Of a DNA stretch of 64,000 nucleotides, positions 1 to 13,400 are shown in pieces; the first letter of the stretch is position 1, and each line of letters opens with the position of its first letter. The DNA is from Balanoglossus misakiensis (Eukaryota; Animalia; Hemichordata), in contig CM082589.2 of the NCBI GenBank assembly GCA_040954595.2, forward strand, positions 2,473,498 through 2,537,497. Reading direction: 5' to 3'. A program made the translations under genes and the position numbers. The notes below the pieces were generated by a model that worked only from the letters and a program-made list of their open reading frames with translations, had not been told where the DNA came from and searched no databases.

Positions 1-3000
1 GAGCTATAACCCATGGTTTTTGTCGAAAAACCACCAAATTTTGAAATTTCGCGAAGTCGAAAAATTGACATTTCTGGATGATTTTCATGAGCTATAACCC
101 ATGGTTTTTGTCGAAAAACCACCAAATTTTGAAATTTCGCGAAGTCGAAAAATTGACATTTCTCGATGATTTTCATGAGCTATAACCCATGGTTTTTGTC
201 GAAAAACCACCAAATTTTGAAATTTCGCGAAGTCGAAAAATTGACATTTCTGGATGATTTTCATGAGCTATAATCCATGGTTTTTGTCGAAAAACCACCA
301 AATTTTGAAATTCCGCAAAGTCGAAAAATTCTCATTTTTGGATGATTTTCATGAGCTATAACCCATGGTTTTTGTCGAAAAACCACCAAATTTTGAAATT
401 TGGCGAAGTCGAAAAATTGACATTTCTGGATGATTTTCATGAGCTATAACCCATGGTTTTTGTCGAAAAACCACCAAATTTTGAAATTTCGCGAAGTCGA
501 AAAATTGACATTTCTGGATGATTTTCATGAGCTATAACCCATGGTTTTTGTCGAAAAACCACCAAATTTTGAAATTTCGCGAAGTCGAAAAATTGACATT
601 TCTGGATGATTTTCATGAGCAATAACCCATGGTTTTTGTTGAAAAACCACCAAATATTGAAATTTCGCGAAGTAGAAAAATTGACATTTCTGGATGATTT
701 TCATGAGCTATAACCCATGGTTTTTGTCGAAAAACCACCAAATTTTGAAATTTCGCGAAGTCGAAAAATTGACATTTCTGGATGATTTTCATGAGCTATA
801 ACCCATGGTTTTTGTCGAAAAACCACCAAATTTTGAAATTTCGCGAAGTCGAAAAATTGACATTTCTGGATGATTTTCATGAGCTATAACCCATGGTTTT
901 TGTCGAAAAACCACCAAATTTTGAAATTTCGCGAAGTCGAAAAATTGACATTTCTGGATGATTTTCATGAGCTATAACCCATGGTTTTTGTCGAAAAACC
1001 ACCAAATTTTGAAATTTCGCGAAGTCGAAAAATTGACATTTCTGGATGATTTTCATGAGCTATAACCCATGGTTTTTGTCGAAAAACCACCAAATTTTGA
1101 AATTTCGCGAAGTCGAAAAATTGACATTTCTGGATGATTTTCATGAGCTATAACCCATGGTTTTTGTCGAAAAACCACCAAATTTTGAAATTTCGCGAAG
1201 TCGAAAAATTGACATTTCTTGATGATTTTCATGAGCTATAACCCATGGTTTTTGTCGAAAAACCACAAAATTTTGAAATTCTGCAAAGTCGAAAAATTCT
1301 CATTTTTGGATGATTTTCATGAGCTATAACCCATGATTTTTTCAAAAATCGGCCAAATTTTGAAATTCCGCAAAGTCGAAAAATTCTCATTTTTGGATGA
1401 TTTTCATGAGCTATAACCCATGGTGTTTGTCGAAAAACCACCAAATTTTGAAATTTCGCGAAGTCGAAAAATTGACATTTCTGGATGATTTTCATGAGCT
1501 ATAACCCATGGTTTTTGTCGAAAAACCACCAAATTTTGAAATTTCGCGAAGTCGAAAAATTGACATTTCTGGATGATTTTCATGAGCTATAACCCATGGT
1601 TTTTGTCGAAAAATCACCAAATCTTGAAATTTGGCGAAGTCGAAAAATTGACATTTCTGGATGATTTTCATGAGCTATAACCCATGGTTTTTGTCGAAAA
1701 ACCACCAAATTTTGAAATTTCGCGAAGTCGAAAAATTGACATTTCTGGATGATTTTCATGAGCTATAATCCATGGTTTTTGTCGAAAAACCACCAAATTT
1801 TGAAATTCCGCAAAGTCGAAAAATTCTCATTTTTGGATGATTTTCATGAGCTATAACCCATGGTTTTTGTCGAAAAACCACCAAATTTTGAAATTTCGCG
1901 AAGTCGAAAAATTGACATTTCTGGATGATTTTCATGAGCTATAACCCATGGTTTTTGTCGAAAAACCACCAAATTTGGAAATTTCGCGAAGTCGAAAAAT
2001 TGACATTTCTGGATGATTTTCATGAGCTATAACCCATGGTTTTTGTCGAAAAACCACCAAATTTTGAAATTTCGCGAAGTCGAAAAATTGACATTTCTGG
2101 ATGATTTTCATGAGCAATAACCCATGGTTTTTGTCGAAAAACCACCAAATATTGAAATTTCGCGAAGTCGAAAAATTGACATTTCTGGATGATTTTCATG
2201 AGCTATAACCCATGGTTTTTGTCGAAAAACCACCAAATTTTGAAATTTCGCGAAGTCGAAAAATTGACATTTCTGGATGATTTTCATGAGCTATAACCCA
2301 TGGTTTTTGTCGAAAAACCACCAAATTTTGAAATTTCGCGAAGTCGAAAAATTGACATTTCTGGATGATTTTCATGAGCTATAACCCATGGTTTTTGTCG
2401 AAAAACCACCAAATTTTGAAATTTCGCGAAGTCGAAAAATTGACATTTCTGGATGATTTTCATGAGCTATAACCCATGGTTTTTGTCGAAAAACCACCAA
2501 ATTTTGAAATTTCGCGAAGTCGAAAAATTGACATTTCTGGATGATTTTCATGAGCTATAACCCATGGTTTTTGTCGAAAAACCACCAAATTTTGAAATTT
2601 CGCGAAGTCGAAAAATTGACATTTCTGGATGATTTTCATGAGCTATAACCCATGGTTTTTGTCGAAAAACCACCAAATTTTGAAATTTCGCGAAGTCGAA
2701 AAATTGACATTTCTTGATGATTTTCATGAGCTATAACCCATGGTTTTTGTCGAAAAACCACAAAATTTTGAAATTCCGCAAAGTCGAAAAATTCTCATTT
2801 TTGGATGATTTTCATGAGCTATAACCCATGATTTTTTCAAAAATCGGCCAAATTTTGAAATTCCGCAAAGTCGAAAAATTCTCATTTTTGGATGATTTTC
2901 ATGAGCTATAACCCATGGTGTTTGTCGAAAAACCACCAAATTTTGAAATTTCGCGAAGTCGAAAAATTGACATTTCTGGATTATTTTCATGAGCTATAAC

Positions 3001-6000
3001 CCATGGTTTTTGTCGAAAAACCACCAAATTTTGAAATTTCGCGAAGTCGAAAAATTGACATTTCTGGATGATTTTCATGAGCTATAACCCATGGTTTTTG
3101 TCGAAAAATCACCAAATCTTGAAATTTGGCGAAGTCGAAAAATTGACATTTCTGGATGATTTTCATGAGCTATAACCCATGGTTTTTGTCGAAAAACCAC
3201 CAAATTTTGAAATTTCGCGAAGTCGAAAAATTGACATTGCTGGATGATTTTCATGAGCTATAACCCATGATTTTTTCAAAAATCGGCCAAATTTTGAAAT
3301 TCCGCAATGTCGAAAAATTCTCATTTTTGGATGATTTTCATGAGCTATAACCCATGATTTTTTCAAAAATCGGCCAAATTTTGAAATTCCGCAAAGTCGA
3401 AAAATTCTCATTTTTGGATGATTTTCATGAGCTATAACCCATGGTTTTTGTCGAAAAACCACCAAATTTTGAAATTTGGCGAAGTCGAAAAATTGACATT
3501 TCTGGATGATTTTCATGAGCTATAACCCATGGTTTTTGTCGAAAAACCACCAAATTTTGAAATTTCGCGAAGTCGAAAAATTGACATTGCTGGATGATTT
3601 TCATGAGCTATAACCCATGATTTTTTCAAAAATCGGCCAAATTTTGAAATTCCGCAAAGTCGAAAAATTCTCATTTTTGGATGATTTTCATGAGCTATAA
3701 CCCATGATTTTTTCAAAAATCGGCCAAATTTTGAAATTCCGCAAAGTCGAAAAATTCTCATTTTTGGATGATTTTCATGAGCTATAACCCATGATTTTTT
3801 CAAAAATCGGCCAAATTTTGAAATTCCGCAAAGTCGAAAAATTCTCATTTTTGGATGATTTTCATGAGCTATAACACATGGTTTTTGTCGAAAAACCACC
3901 AAATTTTGAAATTCCGCAAAGTCGAAAAATTCTCATTTTTGGATGATTTTCATGAGCTATAACCCATGTTTTTTTCAAAAATCGGCCAAATTTTGAAATT
4001 CCGCAAAGTCGAAAAATTCTCATTTTTGGATGATTTTCATGAGCTATAACCCATGGTTGTTGTCGAAAAACCACCAAATTTTGAAATTTGGCGAAGTCGA
4101 AAAATTGACATTTCTGGATGATTTTCATGAGCTATAACCCATGATTTTTTCAAAAATCGGCCAAATTTTGAAATTCCGCAAAGTCGAAAAATTCTCATTT
4201 TTGGATGATTTTCATGAGCTATAACCCATGATTTTTTCAAAAATAGGCCAAATTTTGAAATTCCGCAAAGTCGAAAAATTCTCATTTTTGGATGATTTTC
4301 ATGAGCTATAACCCATGGTTTTTGTCGAAAAACCACCAAATTTTGAAATTTGGCGAAGTCGAAAAATTGACATATCTGGGTGATTTTCATGAGCTATAAC
4401 CCATGGTTTTTGTCGAAAAACCACCAAATTTTGAAATTTCGCGAAGTCGAAAAATTGACATTTCTGGATGATTTTCATGAGCTATAACCCATGGTTTTTT
4501 TCAAAAATCGGCCAAATTTTGAAATTCCGCGAAGTCGAAAAATTCTCATTTTTGGATGATTTTCATGAGCTATAACCCATGATTTTTTCAAAAATCGGCC
4601 AAATTTTGAAATTCCGCAAAGTCGAAAAATTCTCATTTTTGGATGATTTTCATGAGCTATAACCCATGATTTTTTCAAAAATCGGCCATATTTTGAAATT
4701 CCGCAAAGTCGAAAAATTCTCATTTTTGGATGATTTTCATGAGCTATAACCCATGATTTTTTCAAAAATCGGCCAAATTTTGAAATTCCGCAAAGTCGAA
4801 AAATTCTCATTTTTGGATGATTTTCATGAGCTATAACCCATGGTTTTTGTCGAAAAACCACCAAATTTTGAAATTCCGCAAAGTCGAAAAATTCTCATTT
4901 TTGGATGATTTTCATGAGCTATAACCCATGATTTTTTCAAAAATCGGCCAAATTTTGAAATTCCGCAAAGTCGAAAAATTCTCATTTTTGGATGATTTTC
5001 ATGAGCTATAACCCATGGTTTTTGTCGAAAAACCACCAAATTTTGAAATTTGGCGAAGTCGAAAAATTGACATTTCTGGATGATTTTCATGAGCTATAAC
5101 CCATGGTTTTTGTCGAAAAACCACCAAATTTTGAAATTTCGCGAAGTCGAAAAATTGACATTGCTGGATGATTTTCATGAGCTATAACCCATGATTTTTT
5201 CAAAAATCGGCCAAATTTTGAAATTCCGCAAAGTCGAAAAATTCTCATTTTTGGATGATTTTCATGAGCTATAACCCATGATTTTTTCAAAAATCGGCCA
5301 AATTTTGAAATTCCGCAAAGTCGAAAAATTCTCATTTTTGGATGATTTTCATGAGCTATAACACATGGTTTTTGTCGAAAAACCACCAAATTTTGAAATT
5401 CCGCAAAGTCGAAAAATTCTCATTTTTGGATGATTTTCATGAGCTATAACCCATGTTTTTTTCAAAAATCGGCCAAATTTTGAAATTCCGCAAAGTCGAA
5501 AAATTCTCATTTTTGGATGATTTTCATGAGCTATAACCCATGGTTGTTGTCGAAAAACCACCAAATTTTGAAATTTGGCGAAGTCGAAAAATTGACATTT
5601 CTGGATGATTTTCATGAGCTATAACCCATGATTTTTTCAAAAATCGGCCAAATTTTGAAATTCCGCAAAGTCGAAAAATTCTCATTTTTTGATGATTTTC
5701 ATGAGCTATAACCCATGATTTTTTCAAAAATAGGCCAAATTTTGAAATTCCGCAAAGTCGAAAAATTCTCATTTTTGGATGATTTTCATGAGCTATAACC
5801 CATGGTTTTTGTCGAAAAACCACCAAATTTTGAAATTTGGCGAAGTCGAAAAATTGACATATCTGGGTGATTTTCATGAGCTATAACCCATGGTTTTTGT
5901 CGAAAAACCACCAAATTTTGAAATTTCGCGAAGTCGAAAAATTGACATTTCTGGATGATTTTCATGAGCTATAACCCATGGTTTTTTTCAAAAATCGGCC

Positions 6001-8938
6001 AAATTTTGAAATTCCGCGAAGTCGAAAAATTCTCATTTTTGGATGATTTTCATGAGCTATAACCCATGATTTTTTCAAAAATCGGCCAAATTTTGAAATT
6101 CCGCAAAGTCGAAAAATTCTCATTTTTGGATGATTTTCATGAGCTATAACCCATGATTTTTTCAAAAATCGGCCATATTTTGAAATTCCGCAAAGTCGAA
6201 AAATTCTCATTTTTGGATGATTTTCATGAGCTATAACCCATGATTTTTTCAAAAATCGGCCAAATTTTGAAATTCCGCAAAGTCGAAAAATTCTCATTTT
6301 TGGATGATTTTCATGAGCTATAACCCATGGTTTTTGTCGAAAAACCACCAAATTTTGAAATTCCGCAAAGTCGAAAAATTCTCATTTTTGGATGATTTTC
6401 ATGAGCTATAACCCATGATTTTTTCAAAAATCGGCCAAATTTTGAAATTCCGCAAAGTCGAAAAATTCTCATTTTTGGATGATTTTCATGAGCTATAACC
6501 CATGGTTTTTGTCGAAAAACCACCAAATTTTGAAATTTGGCGAAGTCGAAAAATTGACATTTCTGGATGATTTTCATGAGCTATAACCCATGATTTTTTC
6601 AAAAATCGGCCAAATTTTGAAATTCCGCAAAGTCGAAAAATTCTCATTTTTGGATGATTTTCATGAGCTATAACCCATGATTTTTTCAAAAATCGGCCAA
6701 ATTTTGAAATTCCGCAAAGTCGAAAAATTCTCATTTTTGGATGATTTTCATGAGCTATAACCCATGGTTTTTGTCGAAAAACCACCAAATTTTGAAATTT
6801 GGCGAAGTCGAAAAATTGACATTTCTGGATGATTTTCATGAGCTATAACCCATGGTTTTTGTCGAAAAACCACCAAATTTTGAAATTTCGCGAAGTCGAA
6901 AAATTGACATTTCTCGATGATTTTCATGAGCTATAACCCATGGTTTTTGTCGAAAAACCACCAAATTTTGAAATTCCGCAAAGTCGAAAAATTCTCATTT
7001 TTGGATGATTTTCATGAGCTATAACCCATGATTTTTTCAAAAATCGGCCAAATTTTGAAATTCCGCAAAGTCGAAAAATTCTCATTTCTGGTTGATTTTC
7101 ATGAGCTATAATCCATGGTTTTTGTCGAAAAACCACCAAATTTTGAAATTTGGCGAAGTCGAAAAATTGACATTTCTGGATGATTTTCATGAGCTATAAC
7201 CCATGGTTTTTGTCGAAAAACCACCAAATTTTGAAATTTCGCGAAGTCGAAAAATTGATATTTCTGGATGATTTTCATGAGCTATAACCCATGGTTTTTG
7301 TCGAAAAACCACCAAATTTTGAAATTCCGCAAAGTCGAAAAATTCTCATTTTTGGATGATTTTCATGAGCTATAACCCATGATTTTTTCAAAAATTGGCC
7401 AAATTTTACAATTTCGCGAAGTCGAAAAATTCTCATTTTTGGATGATTTTCATGAGCTATAACCCATGATTTTTTCAAAAATAGGCCAAATTTTGAAATT
7501 CCGCAATGTCGAAAAATTCTCATTTTTGGATGATTTTCATGAGCTATAACCCATGGTTTTTGTCGAAAAACCACCAAATTTTGAAATTCCGCAAAGTCGA
7601 AAAATTCTCATTTTTGGATGATTTTCATGAGCTATAACCCATGATTTTTTCAAAAATTGGCCAAATTTTACAATTTCGCGAAGTCGAAAAATTCTCATTT
7701 TTGGATGATTTTCATGAGCTATAACCCATAATTTTTTCAAAAATCGGCCAAATTTTGAAATTCCGCAAAGTCGAAAAATTCTCATTTTTGGATGATTTTC
7801 TTGAGCTATAACCCATGATTTTTTCAAAAATAGGCCAAATTTTGAAATTCCGCAATGTCGAAATATTCTCATTTTTGGATGATTTTCATGAGCTATAACC
7901 CATGGTTTTTGTCGAAAAACCACCAAATTTTGAAATTTCGCGAAGTCGAAAAATTGACATTTCTGGATGATTTTCATGAGCTATAACCCATGATTTTTTC
8001 AAAAATTGGCCAAATTTTACAATTCCGCAAAGTCGAAAAATTCTCATTTTTGGATGATTTTCATGAGCTATAACCCATGATTTTTTCAAAAATCGGCCAA
8101 ATTTTGAAATTCCGCAAAGTCGAAAAATTCTCATTTTTGGATGATTTTCATGAGCTATAACCCATGATTTTTTCAAAAATAGGCCAAATTTTGAAATTCC
8201 GCAAAGTCGAAAAATTCTCATTTTTGGATGATTTTCATGAGCTATAACCCATGATTTTTTCAAAAATCGGCCAAATTTTGAAATTCCGCAAAGTCGAAAA
8301 ATTCTCATTTTTGGATGATTTTCATGAGCTATAACCCATGATTTTTTCAAAAATCGGCCAAATTTTGAAATTCCGCAAAGTCGAAAAATTCTCATTTTTG
8401 GATGATTTTCATGAGCTATAACCCATGATTTTTTCAAAAATCGGCCAAATTTTGAAATTCCGCAAAGTCGAAAAATTCTCATTTTTGGATGATTTTCATG
8501 AGCTATAACCCATGATTTTTTCAAAAATCGGCCAAATTTTGAAATTCCGCAAAGTCGAAAAATTCTCATTTTTGGATGATTTTCATGAGCTATAACCCAT
8601 GATTTTTTCAAAAATAGGCCAAATTTTGAAATTCCGCAAAGTCGAAAAATTCTCATTTTTGGATGATTTTCATGAGCTATAACCCATGATTTTTTCAAAA
8701 ATCGGCCAAATTTTGAAATTCCGCAAAGTCGAAAAATTCTCATTTTTGGATGATTTTCATGAGCTATAACCCATGATTTTTTCAAAAATCGGCCAAATTT
8801 TGAAATTCCGCAAAGTCGAAAAATTCTCATTTTTGGATGATTTTCACGAGCTATAACCAATGATTTTTATCAAAAAATGACCAAATTTTGAAAATTCGCG
8901 AAGTCGGAAAATGGTCGATTTTTGAAGATTTTCGTGAC
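1..8938. repeat. Tandem satellite array, about 100 monomers of 88 bp (type A) and 87 bp (type B), with higher-order structure; runs off the left edge of the window
   Basis: Type A GAGCTATAACCCATGGTTTTTGTCGAAAAACCACCAAATTTTGAAATTTCGCGAAGTCGAAAAATTGACATTTCTGGATGATTTTCAT; type B GAGCTATAACCCATGATTTTTTCAAAAATCGGCCAAATTTTGAAATTCCGCAAAGTCGAAAAATTCTCATTTTTGGATGATTTTCAT; A/B hybrids occur; the last unit (~8849-8938) is degenerate. Confidence 0.98.
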
Positions 8939-9047
8939 TACAGAATTTGGATCTGAGACACCCACCAAAACACGCCAGAGACCGTGCATACACCCATAAC
9001 AATTACAGATTTCCAACCATCTTCCTTCGTGAGGTATATCCACAAAG

Positions 9048-9053
9048 TTTATT
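9048..9053 (-). terminator. Candidate polyadenylation signal (AATAAA) of ATAD2
   Basis: TTTATT on the + strand at 9048-9053, about 1.45 kb past the ATAD2 stop codon, at the end of a tract that is T-rich on the minus strand. Confidence 0.4.
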
Positions 9054-10487
9054 TCATCACCATAAAAGTCTCAAACTTGCAAAAATTACAGTGAAGTCTT
9101 AAATACAAAAGAAAGTAAATTAATTGGTGTACTCCTTTGAAAAGAACATGTCGAAACTGACAACATACATGGAGGCAGAGTATGACTGCACCGATTGGTT
9201 GGATGAATGGTAGAAAATTTACATGGAAAATTCTAATTGGCCGAGACAGTACACATCTTTTATATATATTACAGGCACACAGCTGTACTGGAGAATAGTG
9301 AACAAAGAGTTAAGATGAAAGAAATAAGACATAGACGTACATGTACTAGTCTTCTATAAAGAAAAGTTAAAGTTATTTGTCCCATGTTTTTAAGATTTTT
9401 ATCAAAAGCACAAAAAAATTGACACGACTGGAAGACACACAATGAAGTCATCAAAATTCCACGAAAATAGCTGACAAAAGAAGGCCAATGAATAAACACA
9501 GAATAAATTCTCTTACAAGGACTATTTCATTTCACCATTTTTTTTTATAAACAACCTGTGAGTCACAAAGCTGACTGCATTTCTACTGCAAGAAAAACCT
9601 TCATGCATTTTAATGAAAAAAAGAATTCTGGTACAAAAAACTGTACATGCGATTTTGATTTCATTTTCTGAAAAGTTTACAAAATCTTGGAACGCTAAAA
9701 ATTACATTTGCATATACTGCATGTAATGGGCGAGGTCAACTTTTCACCAGGAAGTCGACTTGCTTGAGAATTTGACATTGGACAATATGGATCATGGAAT
9801 GCTTTTGAATATATACATCTTTGTTACAGCTGATTGTAAAATATTTGCTTTTTCTGCGAAGATCCAAGTATTTGCGTCAGTGTGTGTAAAAAGCATAAAA
9901 AGGGGTCATTTCTCATTTATTTGCATCATGTTAAGGGCACAGGGCAGATGAGAATTTTAAGGATGAAACTTGAATTTGCCTTGAAAAGTACTGAAGTGAT
10001 TCAAAATGACTGGAGCAATAATTCTATAGAGAGATAATTTCATCTTTACTCAGAAAAATCAAAGACAGGCTCATTTCAAAATGGAGGGAAATGAAGTTTG
10101 TAATTTAGATCAGAAAATTCAGATATGACAATACTGTCTAATTTATTTAAATACTTGTTAAATTTCCATAAGTTATGCATATATTGGACTTTTCCAAAAG
10201 GGGTTAAAAGTTCCTTTTGTCCGAACAATATCACACACACACAAAATAAATATATATTATTTTTAAATTCAAAGTCTGTCCTGACTGTTTCCCTGAAAAT
10301 GAGTTAGCATTGGCTTTTAACTACTGCCACAGGGTGTTCGGAAGAGGTAACTATTACCTGTACAGTTTGGTACATTATATACTAAATAATATGTGTATTG
10401 TCAGGGCCTGTTATCTTACTGTTGGGGTGTGACAAAAAATGTTCTTTCTTGGCATTGAAGTTTTTTTTCCACTGCACGGTTCCACTT

Positions 10488-13400
10488 TCAAAGCATGCTG
10501 AATGCCCGAACTTTGGCAAACATTTCCTGCAATATAAGTGGAACGGAGACGAAAATCAGGAAAACTTTGGTGTTAGAGTTTTGGAGACACTCTCTCCCAC
10601 CAGACATGTAGAACGACTTACCATGTAAATTCCACACTAGCACTCTGCTTGATTATAAGAACACCATGGACTATTGGATCAATACACATTAATACACTTG
10701 AGTATAAGACAAGTGGACGGGCTACAGATACAAAACCATGTGGATAGAATTTTTTTTTACTGATGTAGAGGTGCGAAAGTCGAAGTGAATACTAACCTCT
10801 GTTAGTTGTGTCTTATCATAGTCCCTCCGATGTCTGTAGACGCACTGGCTCAACACTGAATGCAATCTTTCCAGGTTCTCAATATTGAAAGTCTTGGTGA
10901 CCTCCACAGTGAAGTCCAGCAGGCTCTGCAAGAGAAAGACATACATCAGACAAAGTTCTTGCAAAAGGGAGAACAAATATCTTATTTCATGAAGGAACAA
11001 TATTACAAGAAATGTTTTAGTCAGATAAAGCACACCAATTGCGTCATACATGCTGGCGTAAACAACATGCATTTTAGATTTTGGCTTCTGGTACTTGGGT
11101 TTTGTATACACATATGATGATAGCAACAATGAAATTCAATACAACAATTTACCTTCAGTTTTTCATGATCTACTGTAAGTGGTTGCACAGGTTCTTGCAG
11201 TATCTCAAAGGCTAGCTGAGCCTGAGCGTTGGCCGACCGTGACCTTGTCATTCGTATTGCTGGCACTTCCTCTGTACAGACAGACAAAATATTTGTTAAT
11301 TCACAATCTGGCCAGAGATGGAGTTGAAAAACAACAGTGGCTAGCATGGACAATGAGTGGACACCATTGTCGTCTGTTAATCCCTGACAATCGCACATTC
11401 TAGCAATAATTGAACCAACACAATAACATCACATTCAACAAGTACATTTAACCAACCTTCATCGTCTTTTTCCGCATCTTGTCCATCACTTTTCTCCTTG
11501 TCTCTGGTGCTTTCAGCTGCCTCGGTCGCTTTGGTCAAATCCACTGTGTCGTTTGAAGCCTATGATCAACAGCAAATCAAAATCAACATCGACACCAGGT
11601 GCATTCCTTCACCAAATGCAGATCAAGCCAACATTCAAAGTTATTCACTAAAATGCACAGTTCTACATCAAAAAATGACACAAAACTCTTTTGAGCTTAC
11701 CTCCCCTTGTTGACATTCTTCAACTCTTTCTAACTGATCAGCCTTTGAAGCTGCAATCTCTTTTACAGGTTTGTCCTTAGAAGTGGCCTCCTCATCCTTA
11801 CTGTCCTCTTTGCAATTACTCTGTCCGTTTGACCTCTGACCTTTAGACGCCTGACCGGTCAGCAGCAACACTTCACTGTTATTATCAGAGTCTATTTCCT
11901 CTCTTTTCTCGCTCTCCGCAGACGGTGGTGGGCGCCGCGGAAGTCGGGCCACCCGGCCACTTTTCACACTTTCGTTATCGCTGAACTTTTCATCAATCTC
12001 TGTGTTCTCATCGTCCCCGCCTTCCTCAAAGCTCTCTTTCACCTTTTCCACCGATACATCCATGGCTTCATTTTCGCCTGCACTGTCCATGTCCTCCTCT
12101 GTCTCCCGACTCTGTTTGGCCTCGGTCCTTTGAACTTTGACCTTCGATTTACTCCTTCTCCTCGAAAAGAACCCCCGCCTCCGGCGTTTCTTCACCCTCT
12201 TCACGATAACTTCTTCCGGATCTCCTTCCTGTTCGTTGGCCGTTTCCTGTTCATTATCGCCGTCCCTCTCAGCATCCTCATTCGGCTCGTCTGCCGTGGC
12301 CTCCGTCGGCTCGCACGTTTCATTTTCCGTTCCCTCGTCGCACTTCGGCGCAACTTTCCGCTTCTTCAGCGTTGGGATCTGCCCCCGCGACCAACTGGAC
12401 ACCCTCCGCTTGGGTCGCCTGGGCTTCTGCACCGGGCCGTAGTAGATGTAGTCGGTGCTGTCGTTCAGCATTCCCTCTGCGGTCGACTGGGACTCTGTTC
12501 CCTGTGCTTTCTTGTTAAGTCTTGACGAATAGTACGACGTGAGGGCACCTGCTGAAGACTGGGACTGCCGTGCCTGCCTTTCAACGGGCTTGACATGGTA
12601 GTAAGCCGGAGCAGTCTTGGATGGTTCATCCCCTGTGAAATCAGACCCACACAACATCAGAAATTGTGGTTGCAACCAATTTATTATTCTTGAAATATCT
12701 CCTCGCACGTTTCAGCCAAAAGACAAATTCTTCTAAGATCTCACCTCGTCTCTTCTTCGACTCCACGATATCTTCACACATCTTTTCAAACTCTGGGTCG
12801 AGTTCACTGTCCACTATTGCATGCGCCACATCACGAAGTTCACAGGCACGGTGACGAATAATCTTATCTGTAAGTAAGTGGAGAAATATGTCAAGGAGAG
12901 CATTGGCTCGGCTCTGAAGCCTGTAAGTTAAATTTGTGTGCCAATTCACATTTTAAAAAAATCTCCTGCAAGACATACCTGATGGGTCTCTGTCTGGATT
13001 ATACTCCAGTGCATTCGTGCAGATCAGGTCAATGTCTCCAAGAAACTCCTTCACATTCCTGTAGACATGGGTATCAATCTTCCCCATCATTGTTGACATG
13101 TCCATGGGGGTCTTGATCACTTCCAGGTAATCTTGTACCTAAATATGAAGCAGACATTGTATGAAGTTATACACTTACTTATAAAAATTCAAAAAGTCCA
13201 GTGTCTTTTGTTCCACGCTCATCGTTTAGAATCTCTTACCTCCTCTAAGTCCACTGGCCTGGTGAAAATCTTGAACTTCTTATCAGAGGCCAGTCTTGTC
13301 AGTATACTCCTCAAGAACAGTCTCAGCTCTCTTATGGTCACTTCCTCCTGTTGTTCCAACTTCTGCAACTCTGCATTGTTTAGTTTTCTCGGCTCGGGCG

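Noticed and set aside
437-8860. Repetitive minus-strand ORFs including a 324-aa (WVIAHENHPKMRIFRLCGISKFGRFLKKS)n ORF
   Set aside because: By-product of the 87-bp (29-codon) monomer lacking a stop in one frame; 88-bp monomers break the frame
1-8938. CRISPR-like array (regular repeats with internal palindromes)
   Set aside because: No unique spacers, no cas genes, eukaryotic context
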